From Candidatus Bathyarchaeota archaeon (lineage in GTDB: Archaea; Thermoproteota; Bathyarchaeia; Bathyarchaeales; Bathycorpusculaceae), in NCBI GenBank assembly GCA_963775685.1, contig CAVZJV010000014.1, positions 448,001-512,000 of the forward strand: DNA of 64,000 nucleotides, given 5' to 3'. Below are positions 49,338 through 60,190 of this stretch, piece after piece. The notes under the pieces were generated by a model. That model did not search any database, was not told the DNA's origin, and was given only the letters and a program-made list of their open reading frames with translations. Numbering within the stretch: position 1 is the first letter of the stretch; each line of letters opens with the position of its first letter. A program made the translations under genes and the position numbers.

Positions 49338-51182
49338 TTGGCGTTAACTATCAATTCTGATTTTTATGTGGCTATTCAGGATGCAGGAATAAACCGTGTG
49401 GTAAAGCATGTAATGCAGCAGCGCCCTTCGATATTTAATTATGGCACCTTAGCTGTGTTTCGCAATCCCGAATTGCTTTGCGAAAAAATCGATGTTGCAA
49501 ATGAGGTTTTGCAAGCTGGGAATCCATTAATCACAGTTCTCGACCCATTGCCCGTTATCGGAACAAATCTGGGCTTAAATTATTGTGTTCAGCTAACTAA
49601 AGGAGAAATTGATTTTCACCCAGGCGATATCATAAGTCTGCCGCCAGAACTAAATCCTCTAGCGAATCAACGTCTAAGTATTCACTTTCAGGTATGTGCA
49701 GGGATGGGTTGCCCCACGGGCAGAATACCTCTTCCTGGTAAGTTTACAACCTCCGTGCTAACTGCTGCCCGGTTGTCCGCATCAAGAGTTTCTCCATCAA
49801 GCAATATTCCATTACCTGGAAAAGGCGAAGTTGGTCTACCAAACAATGAAGTTGTTGTTGTACCTACCTCAAAGCTTGAGTGCTTCTGCCTTGACCTTTT
49901 CGCCACAGCCGAAGCTAAAATAACAGGCGCAGCAGGGAACCAAACAATTTTGCCCACAATAGATGGCATAGAAATTGTTGACCTAAAACCTGAAGGCTTG
50001 GAAAATAGCATAGAATGCTATGCACTGCTGGCATTAAATAAAGGAATAATTCCGCCTTTGGCTACTTCAATGTCAACATTAGCTTTTGGCATAATTAACT
50101 TGCCTGAAAACATGGGTAACCTTCAAGTTTCTGGATCAACAACTGTCCCAAACAACCCTGCGATTGAGCAAAACCAGCTAAAAGCATTCATCAACCTTGA
50201 TCAGATTAACCTCAACATAGAAATCGAACCCATCGACTGCACGCTACCTACTGGAGGTGGAGGACCAACAATCACGCGGACCACTCGTGCCAGAGCTCGG
50301 ACAGGAACCTTTGATTTGACGGCTGCTATTTCTCAGACGGCATTCGAAAAGATTTACGCTGCAGTAACAAAAGGTTTTAAACTTCACTGCGCAGACGGCG
50401 GAAGTTTTGGTCCTTTTTCAGCAAACTATGATGTCGCAGCTCATCTAGAAGGAGGCTCAGTTGATTTGAGAAGTAATGGTACAATTAAAGTGTCAGAGTT
50501 AGATGTGAAATGGGATACGCTTAGCCTAAACCTATGCATAGATATCCCTGAAGTTTGCACACCTGGCGGCTGTATAATCCCGATTCCTTTCGACGGCTGC
50601 CTATTGGATGTGCCTTCTTACTGCTTCTTCAGCGACAATCCAGACTTTTGCATACCTCTAAACTTAAGCGGTTTTTTGACATCAGAGATAACCTTCACAG
50701 CAGGAATCCAAGTTTTCTACGGAACAAGTCCAGGCTTACCAAACCGTTGGCAAATCGTAATTGTGCCTACATTGCCCTTTGATCTTGATATTATTGATAT
50801 TGCCGACACGGTAGGTGACTTAGTAGAGAATGCGGTTAATGCTGCAATCGACGGGTTACTTGGAGGGTTTCCAGACTGGGCCAAAGATGTCTTCAAATTT
50901 CTTTTCGGACCAATCGACGACTTTATCCGTTTTGCACTTGACATACCCGACGATATAGGTGAGTGGCTTCTTGACGCGCTGACAGATTTGGGTGTCTTCA
51001 ACGTTCTTTTAGATTCGCTCAATGGTTTTCTAACGACATTGGTGCCTCCGCTTGAAATAGAAGATCCGCTTCCGATACTTCCCGCTGATGCTGGATTAAT
51101 TCCGGTGAAGTTGCCAATTGAGTTTATTGGCGTTCGAATTACAGGTGATGAAATTGTTATTGAAGGGGATATAGGAAATTAG
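49338..51182 (+). CDS. Large uncharacterised acidic, beta-rich protein with a Cys-rich loop
   Basis: 614 aa from TTG after GGAGGTGA; two similar halves; CIDIPEVCTPGGCIIPIPFDGCLLDVPSYCFF. Confidence 0.8.
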   Translation: MALTINSDFYVAIQDAGINRVVKHVMQQRPSIFNYGTLAVFRNPELLCEKIDVANEVLQAGNPLITVLDPLPVIGTNLGLNYCVQLTKGEIDFHPGDIISLPPELNPLANQRLSIHFQVCAGMGCPTGRIPLPGKFTTSVLTAARLSASRVSPSSNIPLPGKGEVGLPNNEVVVVPTSKLECFCLDLFATAEAKITGAAGNQTILPTIDGIEIVDLKPEGLENSIECYALLALNKGIIPPLATSMSTLAFGIINLPENMGNLQVSGSTTVPNNPAIEQNQLKAFINLDQINLNIEIEPIDCTLPTGGGGPTITRTTRARARTGTFDLTAAISQTAFEKIYAAVTKGFKLHCADGGSFGPFSANYDVAAHLEGGSVDLRSNGTIKVSELDVKWDTLSLNLCIDIPEVCTPGGCIIPIPFDGCLLDVPSYCFFSDNPDFCIPLNLSGFLTSEITFTAGIQVFYGTSPGLPNRWQIVIVPTLPFDLDIIDIADTVGDLVENAVNAAIDGLLGGFPDWAKDVFKFLFGPIDDFIRFALDIPDDIGEWLLDALTDLGVFNVLLDSLNGFLTTLVPPLEIEDPLPILPADAGLIPVKLPIEFIGVRITGDEIVIEGDIGN

Positions 51183-51194
51183 AGGTGAACATGA

Positions 51195-51938
51195 ATGATT
51201 AATCGATATATTTTCTCTCAAGTGAATTTGGATAGTGGCGCGCTCACAGTATTAGCTTCAGTGGTGCATAAATTCTCTGAACCAGGTGAATATTCCGGTG
51301 AAATTAGAAGAGGAGAGATGGAAGTGGGGCAATTTAAAATATTGGTTGGTCAAACTGCCACACCACAACTCAGTGTCAAAATAGACCTAAAGTCTTTAGA
51401 CCTGCCAGTTTCACAACCTCTTAAAAACAAAATATGCGACTGTTTTGCCATTAACCCTGAAGGGTTTGTCTCTTTTTTTGTTTCCACAGGTGCAGGCGGC
51501 TACTTTGTAGAGATACAGAAATCAGGCAAAGAATGTGGAGGAGCTAAGGTTTTTGATAATCGCGAACTAAAGCAAGAAGATATGTTCGTCGCTACAGTGC
51601 TGCGTCCAGGACTCTACCGTGTAATAAATGCTACAACTAAGGCTGAAGCTGAATTAACCGTTGCTTACCCTGAAATAGGAAAAACACCAAGATCTTCACA
51701 AGCAATTCATCTAGAATGCAATGAAAAAGCAATTTTTCCAACAAGTATCTTCGTTAACCCTGGTCAAGGTTTAGTGTTTCGTTTCAAGGTGCCTTCGAGA
51801 ATTAAGATAGAACTTGTTAAGCCTGAGGATCGCCCTAAACAAATTCCACCTGAAAATCAAGTTGGACAAGCAACAAAGACAGCCATTGGGACGCCAACAA
51901 AGAAATTAACCCGCAGAATTGGGTTGAACCATAGTTAA
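51195..51938 (+). CDS. Uncharacterised beta-rich protein
   Basis: GAGGTGA SD, 12 nt after the previous gene; repeated F.EPGEY / LRPGLY motifs. Confidence 0.8.
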   Translation: MINRYIFSQVNLDSGALTVLASVVHKFSEPGEYSGEIRRGEMEVGQFKILVGQTATPQLSVKIDLKSLDLPVSQPLKNKICDCFAINPEGFVSFFVSTGAGGYFVEIQKSGKECGGAKVFDNRELKQEDMFVATVLRPGLYRVINATTKAEAELTVAYPEIGKTPRSSQAIHLECNEKAIFPTSIFVNPGQGLVFRFKVPSRIKIELVKPEDRPKQIPPENQVGQATKTAIGTPTKKLTRRIGLNHS

Positions 51939-52285
51939 GGTCGATCAAATTTAGGGTATTATTTAATCCAATTAGTGTCTTTTTTTAATTTTGAGGAATT
52001 GGATTTAAGTAGACTAAATAATCTTATTTTTTTTTAATTTTTTTATAGTGTTTTAAAATTTTTTAGCTTAGCTGACAGGATTATAACTTTAAAATTGGAA
52101 TGCTAAGATCAACTCTTTCTAGCCGGTGTATATTACACGGTTTTAGCTAAGAAAATCTAAACATCTTAAGTATCAAAGTAAAAACACAGCTGCAAATCTT
52201 GCATTAAACCGTTAACTCGCATGTCTGAACTGTTACTAAACATATATATTCACAATTTCCCATATCCTACGATAGGTCGATTTTT

Positions 52286-52642
52286 GTGAGTGAAGATAAA
52301 AACCTAAGAGACTTGTTGCTTTGCGCAACCAAAGACACCACTTTTAGAATGAAGTTCTTAAGAAACCCCGAAGCAGTAGCCAAAGAAAGCAATGTGAAAC
52401 TGAAACCGGAACACCTAGAGAAAATAAAGAAAGCCGCTTCCTTCATAGATTCCTTAAACGACGTAAGACTTCCACCAGGTCCAATCTACTATCCCCTTGA
52501 CCCCGTTTTGAGTACATGGACGTTAGGCGAAATCAGAAACGTGCTAAAATACAGCTATCTAACAAAGATACGCTGGATACTGTATTCTAACCCTGACTTC
52601 AACCAAACTATTGGCACAGTCCTCAAAGAAAAACAAAGGTAA
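52286..52642 (+). CDS. Putative RiPP precursor with NHLP/Nif11-clan leader
   Basis: LL..ATKD..FR..FL.NPEAVAKE..V.L..E.LE leader pattern; directly upstream of a radical SAM/SPASM gene. Confidence 0.65.
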   Translation: MSEDKNLRDLLLCATKDTTFRMKFLRNPEAVAKESNVKLKPEHLEKIKKAASFIDSLNDVRLPPGPIYYPLDPVLSTWTLGEIRNVLKYSYLTKIRWILYSNPDFNQTIGTVLKEKQR

Positions 52643-52700
52643 GAAAGAAACAACATCCTTTCTTTTTTTGTATCAAGAGAATCCTTAAAGGAGCCCCCAT

Positions 52701-54020
52701 TTGGTCAATCTATTAATAACCATGCGATGCAACCGCTCCTGTAACTACTGTTTTGCAAAAGAAAAACTGCATTCATATGCTGCTAGACAAGCTGAGACTG
52801 AAATCAGTCTTGAAAACGTCGAGAAAGTCTTGCAGTTTCTTTCAAAAACTAACTGCGACACAATCCAGTTGGCAGGAGGCGAACCTACCATTCACCCAAG
52901 GTTTAAAGAGATTATGTTAACCCTGCTAAAAAATAACATTAGAGTTAACCTCTTAACTAACGCTCTTTGGAACCCTAAATTAAACATATTTTTTAATCAA
53001 ATATCACCCTCTTCACTGGGCTTTCTACTAAACATCGATAACCCAAAAACCTACAGAAACACCGAACAACAAATACTAAATGAGAACCTGGCATTTCTAA
53101 GCAAACGTGGAAACATAACTCTAAGTTTTAACTTGTTTGAAAAAAGACCCGATTATAACTACATTTTTGACCTCGTAAAGAAATATGGTTTTAAGAATCT
53201 TAGACTCAGTTTTTCGATGCCTGTAACTTTTGAAGGGAAAAGAAATACCTATCTGCAAATTGAAGATTATAAAGCATCTGCAAAATACATAATGGACTTC
53301 GTACATAGGGCCGAACAGATGGATGCAACAGTCGGAATGGATAACGCAGTGCCAGTTTGCATGTTCAATCCTGAAGACTTGTCTGAACTTATGGTAAAAG
53401 AAGTGGTTTCACCAAAGAGGAATTTTATCTGTTATCCGGCTATCGATATTGGTCCTGACCTTTCTGTTTGGAGATGCTTTGGAACATCCAAGCTCTTCAA
53501 TAAAAAACTTGACGATTTCAATTCATTAGCTGAAATCTATGATTATTATCAGCAAGTTAGCAGACTATACCAATTCAAGTTCTTCCCCTTAAAAGAATGC
53601 GAGAACTGTGAACATGCAAAAAAAGAAAGGTGTCAAGGCGGATGTATCGGGTTTGCAGAAGCAAAATGTGCTGAATTGGGCATTTTAGTTACGGACCCTC
53701 AAGATAAAGAAATTTTGCAGCTCAAACCAATTCTCTCAAGCAAAGTATCCCTTCAAAGATACAGTTTGCCTGCTGTTAAAGCAACCATAAATTTCCATGA
53801 TGGCTATGAAATGGAAATTCCCTCCGCTATTGCTGACCTGTTGACTCACATAGACGGGAAAACTACCATAATGCAGGCGTTGAACGTGGGAATCTCGGGA
53901 ACGCAACTCAAAGAATCAGATGAATTTGACGAGTTTCTGATGGAAATGTCAAGTAAAGAAGCAATGCCTATTATCAGGCGATTGATAGAAAAAAAAGTTC
54001 TGCTGACAAATAATCAATAG
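52701..54020 (+). CDS. Radical SAM/SPASM protein with C-terminal PqqD/RRE-like domain
   Basis: CNRSCNYC, GGEPT.HP, CYP.IDIGPD....RC, CENC...RCQGGC; C-terminal LL..IDGKTT...L.EKKVL. Confidence 0.88.
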   Translation: MVNLLITMRCNRSCNYCFAKEKLHSYAARQAETEISLENVEKVLQFLSKTNCDTIQLAGGEPTIHPRFKEIMLTLLKNNIRVNLLTNALWNPKLNIFFNQISPSSLGFLLNIDNPKTYRNTEQQILNENLAFLSKRGNITLSFNLFEKRPDYNYIFDLVKKYGFKNLRLSFSMPVTFEGKRNTYLQIEDYKASAKYIMDFVHRAEQMDATVGMDNAVPVCMFNPEDLSELMVKEVVSPKRNFICYPAIDIGPDLSVWRCFGTSKLFNKKLDDFNSLAEIYDYYQQVSRLYQFKFFPLKECENCEHAKKERCQGGCIGFAEAKCAELGILVTDPQDKEILQLKPILSSKVSLQRYSLPAVKATINFHDGYEMEIPSAIADLLTHIDGKTTIMQALNVGISGTQLKESDEFDEFLMEMSSKEAMPIIRRLIEKKVLLTNNQ

Positions 54021-54304
54021 AACTTTTTAAATCGGGAGACGAATCATTATTTTGCATGAAGAATTTTCAAAGGATCCATTTTCCATACTTGGTATGTACG
54101 AAAGAAGATTCTTGTGTAGAGGTTTGCTTGGCTAAACTTTCTCTGGAGTTCTAGGAGAACAAATCTCTGGAGAGAATGAAGGACCAAAAAAATAGATCTT
54201 ACAGGTCCCCCTTGGCAGGGAGCCGCCATCAAATTTTTACGATACCTGAAGTTAGAAGCAAGGTACCGTTTAATTCCCATTATCTGATAAACCATGTAGC
54301 CTAC

Positions 54305-54595
54305 CTATAGAGGTCTTCTGGCAACTCTTCTAAACAATAAGTTGGCAACAGCCGCCACCACTAAATCCGCCAAAACCCAAACAATGAAAGAAATTTGCCC
54401 TAAAAAAGCCAACACTGTAAACACTATCAGGAACGCAATTGCAATTACGCCGATTGCTCTTTTTCGGTTTCGTACCTTTTCATAGCTCAGTATTTCTTTG
54501 GCGGGAGTTTTATTCACTCTTACCTCAATATCTTCGGTCTCTATAATATGTTTTAGTACATTTGCGCATTTAGGAAACGGATTACTTGAACTCAT
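54305..54595 (-). CDS. Small membrane protein (2 C-terminal TM helices)
   Basis: RKRAIGVIAIAFLIVF...VLADLVVAAVANLLF; start uncertain. Confidence 0.5.
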   Translation of the reverse strand: MSSSNPFPKCANVLKHIIETEDIEVRVNKTPAKEILSYEKVRNRKRAIGVIAIAFLIVFTVLAFLGQISFIVWVLADLVVAAVANLLFRRVARRPL

Positions 54596-54730
54596 GGATG
54601 AACTTTCTTTTTCGAAGGGGTTTAATTCAGCGGCAAAAGACCAACTTATCGGCTGACACGTTATGGGACTAAAATATTGTGATTTAGCTATATTTATCAA
54701 GAAGTAAGTAGTATTTAATCTTGATTAATT

Positions 54731-55231
54731 ATGAAAGCATACATGGGCTTGTCCTGCAAAGTAGGTGCTTTCAACCGCGTCTTAGATGAACTGATAAAAC
54801 TGAACCTATCCAAAAAGAATGTTTTTCTACTCTTTGGTCCCGTAGACATCCTAATTCAGTTCCGCGACCTTAAGAACCTCGATGAATTCTTTAACAAATG
54901 GTTTAACCCTATTAGAAAAATAACTCCCCAAGAAGCACTCGTTGAACATACCCAAACACTAATAGTAGTCTGCGAAGGAAAACCCTACACTGAAGAACCA
55001 TACGCCTTCCTATTCCTGAAAACTCAACCAAGAAACCTAGAACAGGTTCAAGAAAAACTTCATGCGATTCCACAGGTTTTATCGGCTGACACAGTTTTGG
55101 GTGCCTACGATTTGATAGCTGCGGTGAGAGCAAGCGGCAAAGAAGACCTCAAACAACTGATTTCTCAGATACAAGAAAAAGTTCCGCACATTCAAGGGAC
55201 AGTAACTGCAATAGTAGCCTCACTGTACTGA
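54731..55231 (+). CDS. Tandem Lrp/AsnC ligand-binding domain protein
   Basis: Two repeats: LFGPVDILI and VLGAYDLIA. Confidence 0.8.
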   Translation: MKAYMGLSCKVGAFNRVLDELIKLNLSKKNVFLLFGPVDILIQFRDLKNLDEFFNKWFNPIRKITPQEALVEHTQTLIVVCEGKPYTEEPYAFLFLKTQPRNLEQVQEKLHAIPQVLSADTVLGAYDLIAAVRASGKEDLKQLISQIQEKVPHIQGTVTAIVASLY

Positions 55232-55354
55232 CAAGTTATTTAAAAGGTTAATTGGGAATCAATCAACACAGCATTAGCCATATAGTCATCCTACAAAGAG
55301 CAATGTTTAAGTCAATATTTTGCTAGCCCATTTGAATTTTCTTGTATCAATTTT

Positions 55355-55615
55355 CTAAATCTCGGTCATTTCTTGCTTTAGAAATTCTGCCCACTTCTCT
55401 TGATGACGTTCAATCTCCAAAGCACACATGACTGCAACTGCACCTTCAAGTATACCTTCATTGCCGCCGTGACTGCAAACCAAGTAGCAACCGTCATCGA
55501 TGCGTATTTTGAAGGCTTTTCCATCAAAACATTCACAATTGATTTCATCTACAGTATTGGAGAATAAACATAATATTCCCTCACTTTCCAACCTGCCTCC
55601 ATGTGAGTTTGGCAA
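55355..55615 (-). CDS. Hypothetical small protein
   Basis: 86 aa, TTATAA box just upstream of TTG (leaderless-like). Confidence 0.45.
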   Translation of the reverse strand: MPNSHGGRLESEGILCLFSNTVDEINCECFDGKAFKIRIDDGCYLVCSHGGNEGILEGAVAVMCALEIERHQEKWAEFLKQEMTEI

Positions 55616-56038
55616 AAGTAAGCTTATAACAATTTATTGCTTCAATTCTGCGGATGCATTGACGCAAAAACTTAGTGCGGTTTGTTGTGCTTACAGAGAA
55701 ATCAAAAGGAAAAATCATAAAGACATTGAAACAACTCATGAGATGGCGAACATCTACGAAAGACCTTGTTCAATTACACTGAAGGATCTGCAAGTCAAAT
55801 GAACCCGTTTGTGTTACCTTTGCAAGAGGAAGCATTGAACAAAAACAGAACACTATTTGCATAAGTCTGAGGACCCCAAAGATCCCAATTAAGGATTTTA
55901 TATATGCCCAAACTTCCCCTGCTGCTTAAAACCATAAAGATCTGAATTTTCACCATACAAGTTGTGAGACCGATAAGATAACCAAACCCGTTTTTTCACG
56001 CAACATAAATAAACCATCTATGATCAATCAACATTACT

Positions 56039-56569
56039 TTGAACTTTGAAAACGTAGTCTTCCCCGATTCTGTGGGCTTCCGATGTAAAAACTGTGGAGT
56101 TTGCTGCCGAATGCAACCGCCCGACGTAAGCAAGAAAGAGCAAGTAGCAATAGAATCAAAGGGTTTTAAGGATTTTTTAGAACGTCCCGATGAAACAGGA
56201 ATTCTGTGGATTCGCAGAAAAAAAGATGACAGCTGCTTTTTTCTGACTAAGAGCAATAAATGTGCAATCTACGACGTTAGACCCGCAGTATGCAAGATGG
56301 AACCTTTTACAATAATGGACTACGATTACGAGAAAAACCAAATAGAGTTAGAGTTGAACTTCCCGTTTTCATCTTGTTGCCCAGGTATTGTAGACAAAGA
56401 AAAGGTAAACGTAGAAGAAATTGGAAAAGCCGCCCAAACGCTTTTGCATAAAATTTTAGCCCTAACTGCCAAAGACCTAGACCTTCCATTTAAAGACAAA
56501 CGTGTTCATGCTGAAACTAGGTCAAGGCTATTACGTCGCAGCATTGAAGCCGCGGACCTGCAAATTTAG
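56039..56569 (+). CDS. YkgJ/CxxCxxCC family Fe-S or Zn cluster protein
   Basis: FRCKNCGVCC, CFFL....CAIY..RP.VC..EPF, CPG. Confidence 0.88.
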   Translation: MNFENVVFPDSVGFRCKNCGVCCRMQPPDVSKKEQVAIESKGFKDFLERPDETGILWIRRKKDDSCFFLTKSNKCAIYDVRPAVCKMEPFTIMDYDYEKNQIELELNFPFSSCCPGIVDKEKVNVEEIGKAAQTLLHKILALTAKDLDLPFKDKRVHAETRSRLLRRSIEAADLQI

Positions 56570-56825
56570 GAATTAAAACATATCCTTAAAAGCAAAAGAC
56601 TCTAGAATTGATGCTGGCACCTTTCAAATTTTATTAGTTTAAATATAAATTCTTATACAAATCCATTGCTTTCCAAAAAAGTCATGGAGCATTATTCCTC
56701 AACTGCTCCTCAGTTTTATAAGGAAAATTAAAAATCAGAAACTTTTGAGACCCAGTTTTAACTGAACAGGTAGAACACTCTTTTATTGCCTGCCTCCTAA
56801 AGTGCGCAAAGGAGAATAAGCTAAT

Positions 56826-57476
56826 TTGGTTAACCGATTTACCAGTAAGTGGACAATAAAAGAAAAAGAGCCCTCAGTAGTATCGAAGATTATGAACCTC
56901 ACAAAGCCGAAGGAAAACCTGAAAGACCAAATCAGCTTGGTTACCCAACGCCTTGACGCTCAAACTAGAACTTTGGATGCCGCAGTGCACCGCTTTGAGT
57001 TGCGTGACGCGGACATCTTTCAGCGGGTAGTTAAAGCAATGACAGAACGGGATACGCCTCGAGCAAACATTCTTGCTACCGAACTCGGCGAGATACGCAA
57101 AGTCAAAAAAATGTTAACGCACTCTTCATTAGCCTTACAGGGTGTTTCCATGCGGCTAAGTACTGTTTCAGAATTGGGCGACGTGGTTGCTTTGTTGAGT
57201 CCTGCGAGAGGCATGTTAAACAGCATTCGCTCGGAAATGTGCAGCATTATGCCTGAAGCAAGCCAAGAACTTGGCAACATCGGTAATCTTCTGTCGGACA
57301 TAGTTATGACAACAAACCAAGGACCAGACGAACCTGTGAATACGATAATGGCAAGTGCAGATGCGTTACAAATCCTAGAAGAAGCAGAGGTGGCCGCGGA
57401 GAATAGACTTAGGGAAAAAATTCCTGAAGCAGCAACTGAAATCGCCCACAATAAACGCACAAGCCTAGAAGCATAG
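56826..57476 (+). CDS. cdvB: ESCRT-III/Snf7 (CdvB-like) protein
   Basis: RANILATELGEIRK, L..VS.RL.TV.ELGDV...L.PA, ILEEA...AE. Confidence 0.82.
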   Translation: MVNRFTSKWTIKEKEPSVVSKIMNLTKPKENLKDQISLVTQRLDAQTRTLDAAVHRFELRDADIFQRVVKAMTERDTPRANILATELGEIRKVKKMLTHSSLALQGVSMRLSTVSELGDVVALLSPARGMLNSIRSEMCSIMPEASQELGNIGNLLSDIVMTTNQGPDEPVNTIMASADALQILEEAEVAAENRLREKIPEAATEIAHNKRTSLEA

Positions 57477-57578
57477 CATTTGCGCACCGAAAAAATTGTT
57501 CTTCTTTTTCTTTTTGCAGGTTTTTTATCTGTTTGGAGGCTTCTTCTTTCTTCCTTTACACACTAAAAAAAAGGGGAA

Positions 57579-58415
57579 CTATTTTGCATAAGCTTCGACA
57601 AGGTCGCGTGCTGTTATGATGCCTACCAACTTTTCTTCCTTGATGACAGGCAATCGTCTAATATGTTTTAACGCCATCGCCGCAGCAGCTCTATGAACAC
57701 TTGTCCCCAAAGGAATAGCAACTATTGGCTGTGAGCATTCTGGTCCAACTTCGGTGAACAACGCTTTGCCTTTAGCTAAGAAGTTTGTAAGCAGGTCGCG
57801 TTCAGTAAAAATTCCAAATGGCTCTCCGTCGCGGGTAATTATTACGCTTCCAATGCGTTGCCCACCCATGATTTTTGCAATTGCAATAACTGATGTCTCT
57901 TCATCGGCAGTTATGATGTCTGTGGTCATAAAGTCATCAAGTTTGACTTCGGTTTCAGGGACATCAGGTAAACTTTTGATTAGGTCCGAAGCAGTTACGA
58001 TTCCCACAAGCATTCCAGCATCAAACACTGCAAGCCGACCTTTCCTGCTAATCATTTGTTTGGCAACTTCTTTTATCTTAGCTGTAACAGAAACACCGGC
58101 GAGCGGATACGACATTACAGCCTCAACTTTTTCGTCTAGAAACAATCCAAGCGCTAAAACCTTGCTTAACAAATCTCGCTCCGTAACTATCCCCACAGGT
58201 GTTCTGTATTTCACAACAATCAAACTTCCTATATGCTTCTTACCCATGATTCGAGCAGCTTCATCCAGCGAAGCCTCAGGAGCTATGGTAACAACGTCTT
58301 GGCTCATTAATTCCTTGGCCAGTCGATAGAGTGGCAAATCACGTTTGTATTGCTCATAAGCTATGTCAACAACACCCGGCAACTTTCTTTTTAATTCATC
58401 TTGAGGTGTCACCAA
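57579..58415 (-). CDS. Four-CBS-domain protein
   Basis: GIVTERDL, GIVTASDL, GIFTERDL, GIITARDL. Confidence 0.9.
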   Translation of the reverse strand: MVTPQDELKRKLPGVVDIAYEQYKRDLPLYRLAKELMSQDVVTIAPEASLDEAARIMGKKHIGSLIVVKYRTPVGIVTERDLLSKVLALGLFLDEKVEAVMSYPLAGVSVTAKIKEVAKQMISRKGRLAVFDAGMLVGIVTASDLIKSLPDVPETEVKLDDFMTTDIITADEETSVIAIAKIMGGQRIGSVIITRDGEPFGIFTERDLLTNFLAKGKALFTEVGPECSQPIVAIPLGTSVHRAAAAMALKHIRRLPVIKEEKLVGIITARDLVEAYAK

Positions 58416-58977
58416 AAAAATCCCTCACGTAATATAATGGTTGAAATGTCTAATTAAGCTTCCATACTTATGCAGCTGCTTTAGTGTCAAAGGTACAATG
58501 GAGCCAAATACACGTGAATATTTTTATGAGAGCCGTTAAGAATGTGAAGGGTAATTGTTGGAAATGAGAAGAAGCAACATCAGTCATAAAGGAACTTCTC
58601 AATAACGGAGTGAATCTGGACGGATATTTCTTGGAATTACCTCACCCAACGCTTTAACCTCAGAGTACCAAATAATCATCAAATGAATCTTTGGTCAAGA
58701 ACCAAACAACACATGCAATTTTTTATTAAAAAAAACACCAACTCACCAGCCAAACCGGAAAACTCATGGAAAACAAAAACCGCATCAAAAGCTTTCTTAT
58801 GAAAAAAAAGAAACGAAAACAACTTGCGCAAGCGGGTCGTGTAGCTTGCACTGTAAATATGAAAGAATCTAGTGATAGAACTGCTCAGAATTCAACATAG
58901 GAAATAATTGTTCTGAATTGGAATAGTTATATTAAGGAAAAAGGTAAACAGTTTATTAAACATTAGGAGAAAAGGTT

Positions 58978-59487
58978 TTGGAGCCAAAGCGAACTAGAAA
59001 TTGGGAGCTCTGGGTCTCAGCAATTACTGTATTCCTCAGCGTTTTTTTAATGATTGCTTACTATAACCGCTGGTTTAGCTTTGCCACGCGGGTTGGTCCG
59101 TTCCGCATCATTCATTATATTGCATTTGCGGGCACGCTCTACATTGCCTTTGGAGTAATTTTGTTTGCCGTATTGAAACGCCGAAAGCCCAGCAAGTATA
59201 AGATTCTTATGAGGGCACACGTGTTAGGTAATCTTTTTTCATTTCTTTTGATTTCCCTACATTTTGCGGGTCAAGTTGGTCGACCTACAGATTTCTATCC
59301 TAGTTTTGGAACAGGATTAACTTTGTACATCGGGATAATTGCCTTAGTTGGAACCGGGTTAACCCTTAGATTTGGCTTGTTTAGACGTTTTACCACCGCA
59401 ACGAAACGTTTCATTCATGCAGGGTTGGCATTTGCTTTTTACTTAATTATAGTTGTCCATATTCTTCATGGCCTAAGCATAATCTAG
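58978..59487 (+). CDS. Membrane protein with intramembrane His residues (cytochrome b-like)
   Basis: About 5 TM with His in IIH, RAH, SLH, FIH, VVH. Confidence 0.6.
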   Translation: MEPKRTRNWELWVSAITVFLSVFLMIAYYNRWFSFATRVGPFRIIHYIAFAGTLYIAFGVILFAVLKRRKPSKYKILMRAHVLGNLFSFLLISLHFAGQVGRPTDFYPSFGTGLTLYIGIIALVGTGLTLRFGLFRRFTTATKRFIHAGLAFAFYLIIVVHILHGLSII

Positions 59488-60190
59488 AATAGAATTGTTC
59501 TACCCCAGAAATTGTGGGTTCTTATGGCTTGTTATGGGTTTGTTAATGCTTAAGCGGAAAGCAAAGCCTGCATAATCTTACCCAAGCGTACAACAAAAAC
59601 GGATAGGAACACGAATAGTATCTCTTTAAAAGGGTTCATTTTTAGTTTGCGGCTTCTAATCGGGATCTTTGCTTTTCTTAAAGGCAAATTTTCGTAACCG
59701 GCAATAATTTATAATTTTTCGGTGATTTTCAGAGTTTGATCTGCCTAAAGCTTAAAGCGCTTTGAAAATACGTTGGCACTTGCAACCAATTTCGCTCCTG
59801 CAACAAAACTTAAAAACGCACCTTTTAATCAAGGCAAATTGTTATTCTATCCACATACCCAATTGCCTTTTTACGACGTTTTGTGACGTTCTGTGACGAA
59901 TCCAGACGCAACCTGCAAACGCCGCAAACCCTAAATCAAGAAAACAACCCAAAACAAGCCCTGCCATTACTGCAATTTCAAGTGTTGTTGTTCTCTTAAC
60001 GCACAAAAAAATGCCCAAATTCCCTTCATTCTCTATGCTAGAAATTAATCTACCAACTTCTGCCAAGTATTCTATTATCAGCTTTTTCATAATATTGAAT
60101 AAATGTACAAGAAACAATCAAAGGCTAAACTCCTTTTAAGAAAAAATCATAATTTTGTGACCCCTTGGAATCCAAACAAAATGTTTTAAG

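Noticed and set aside
49082-49360. 92-aa ORF upstream of the 614-aa gene
   Set aside because: Very AT-rich promoter-like DNA overlapping the next gene's SD
59842-60117. 91-aa minus-strand ORF
   Set aside because: No motif or translation signals; not supportable
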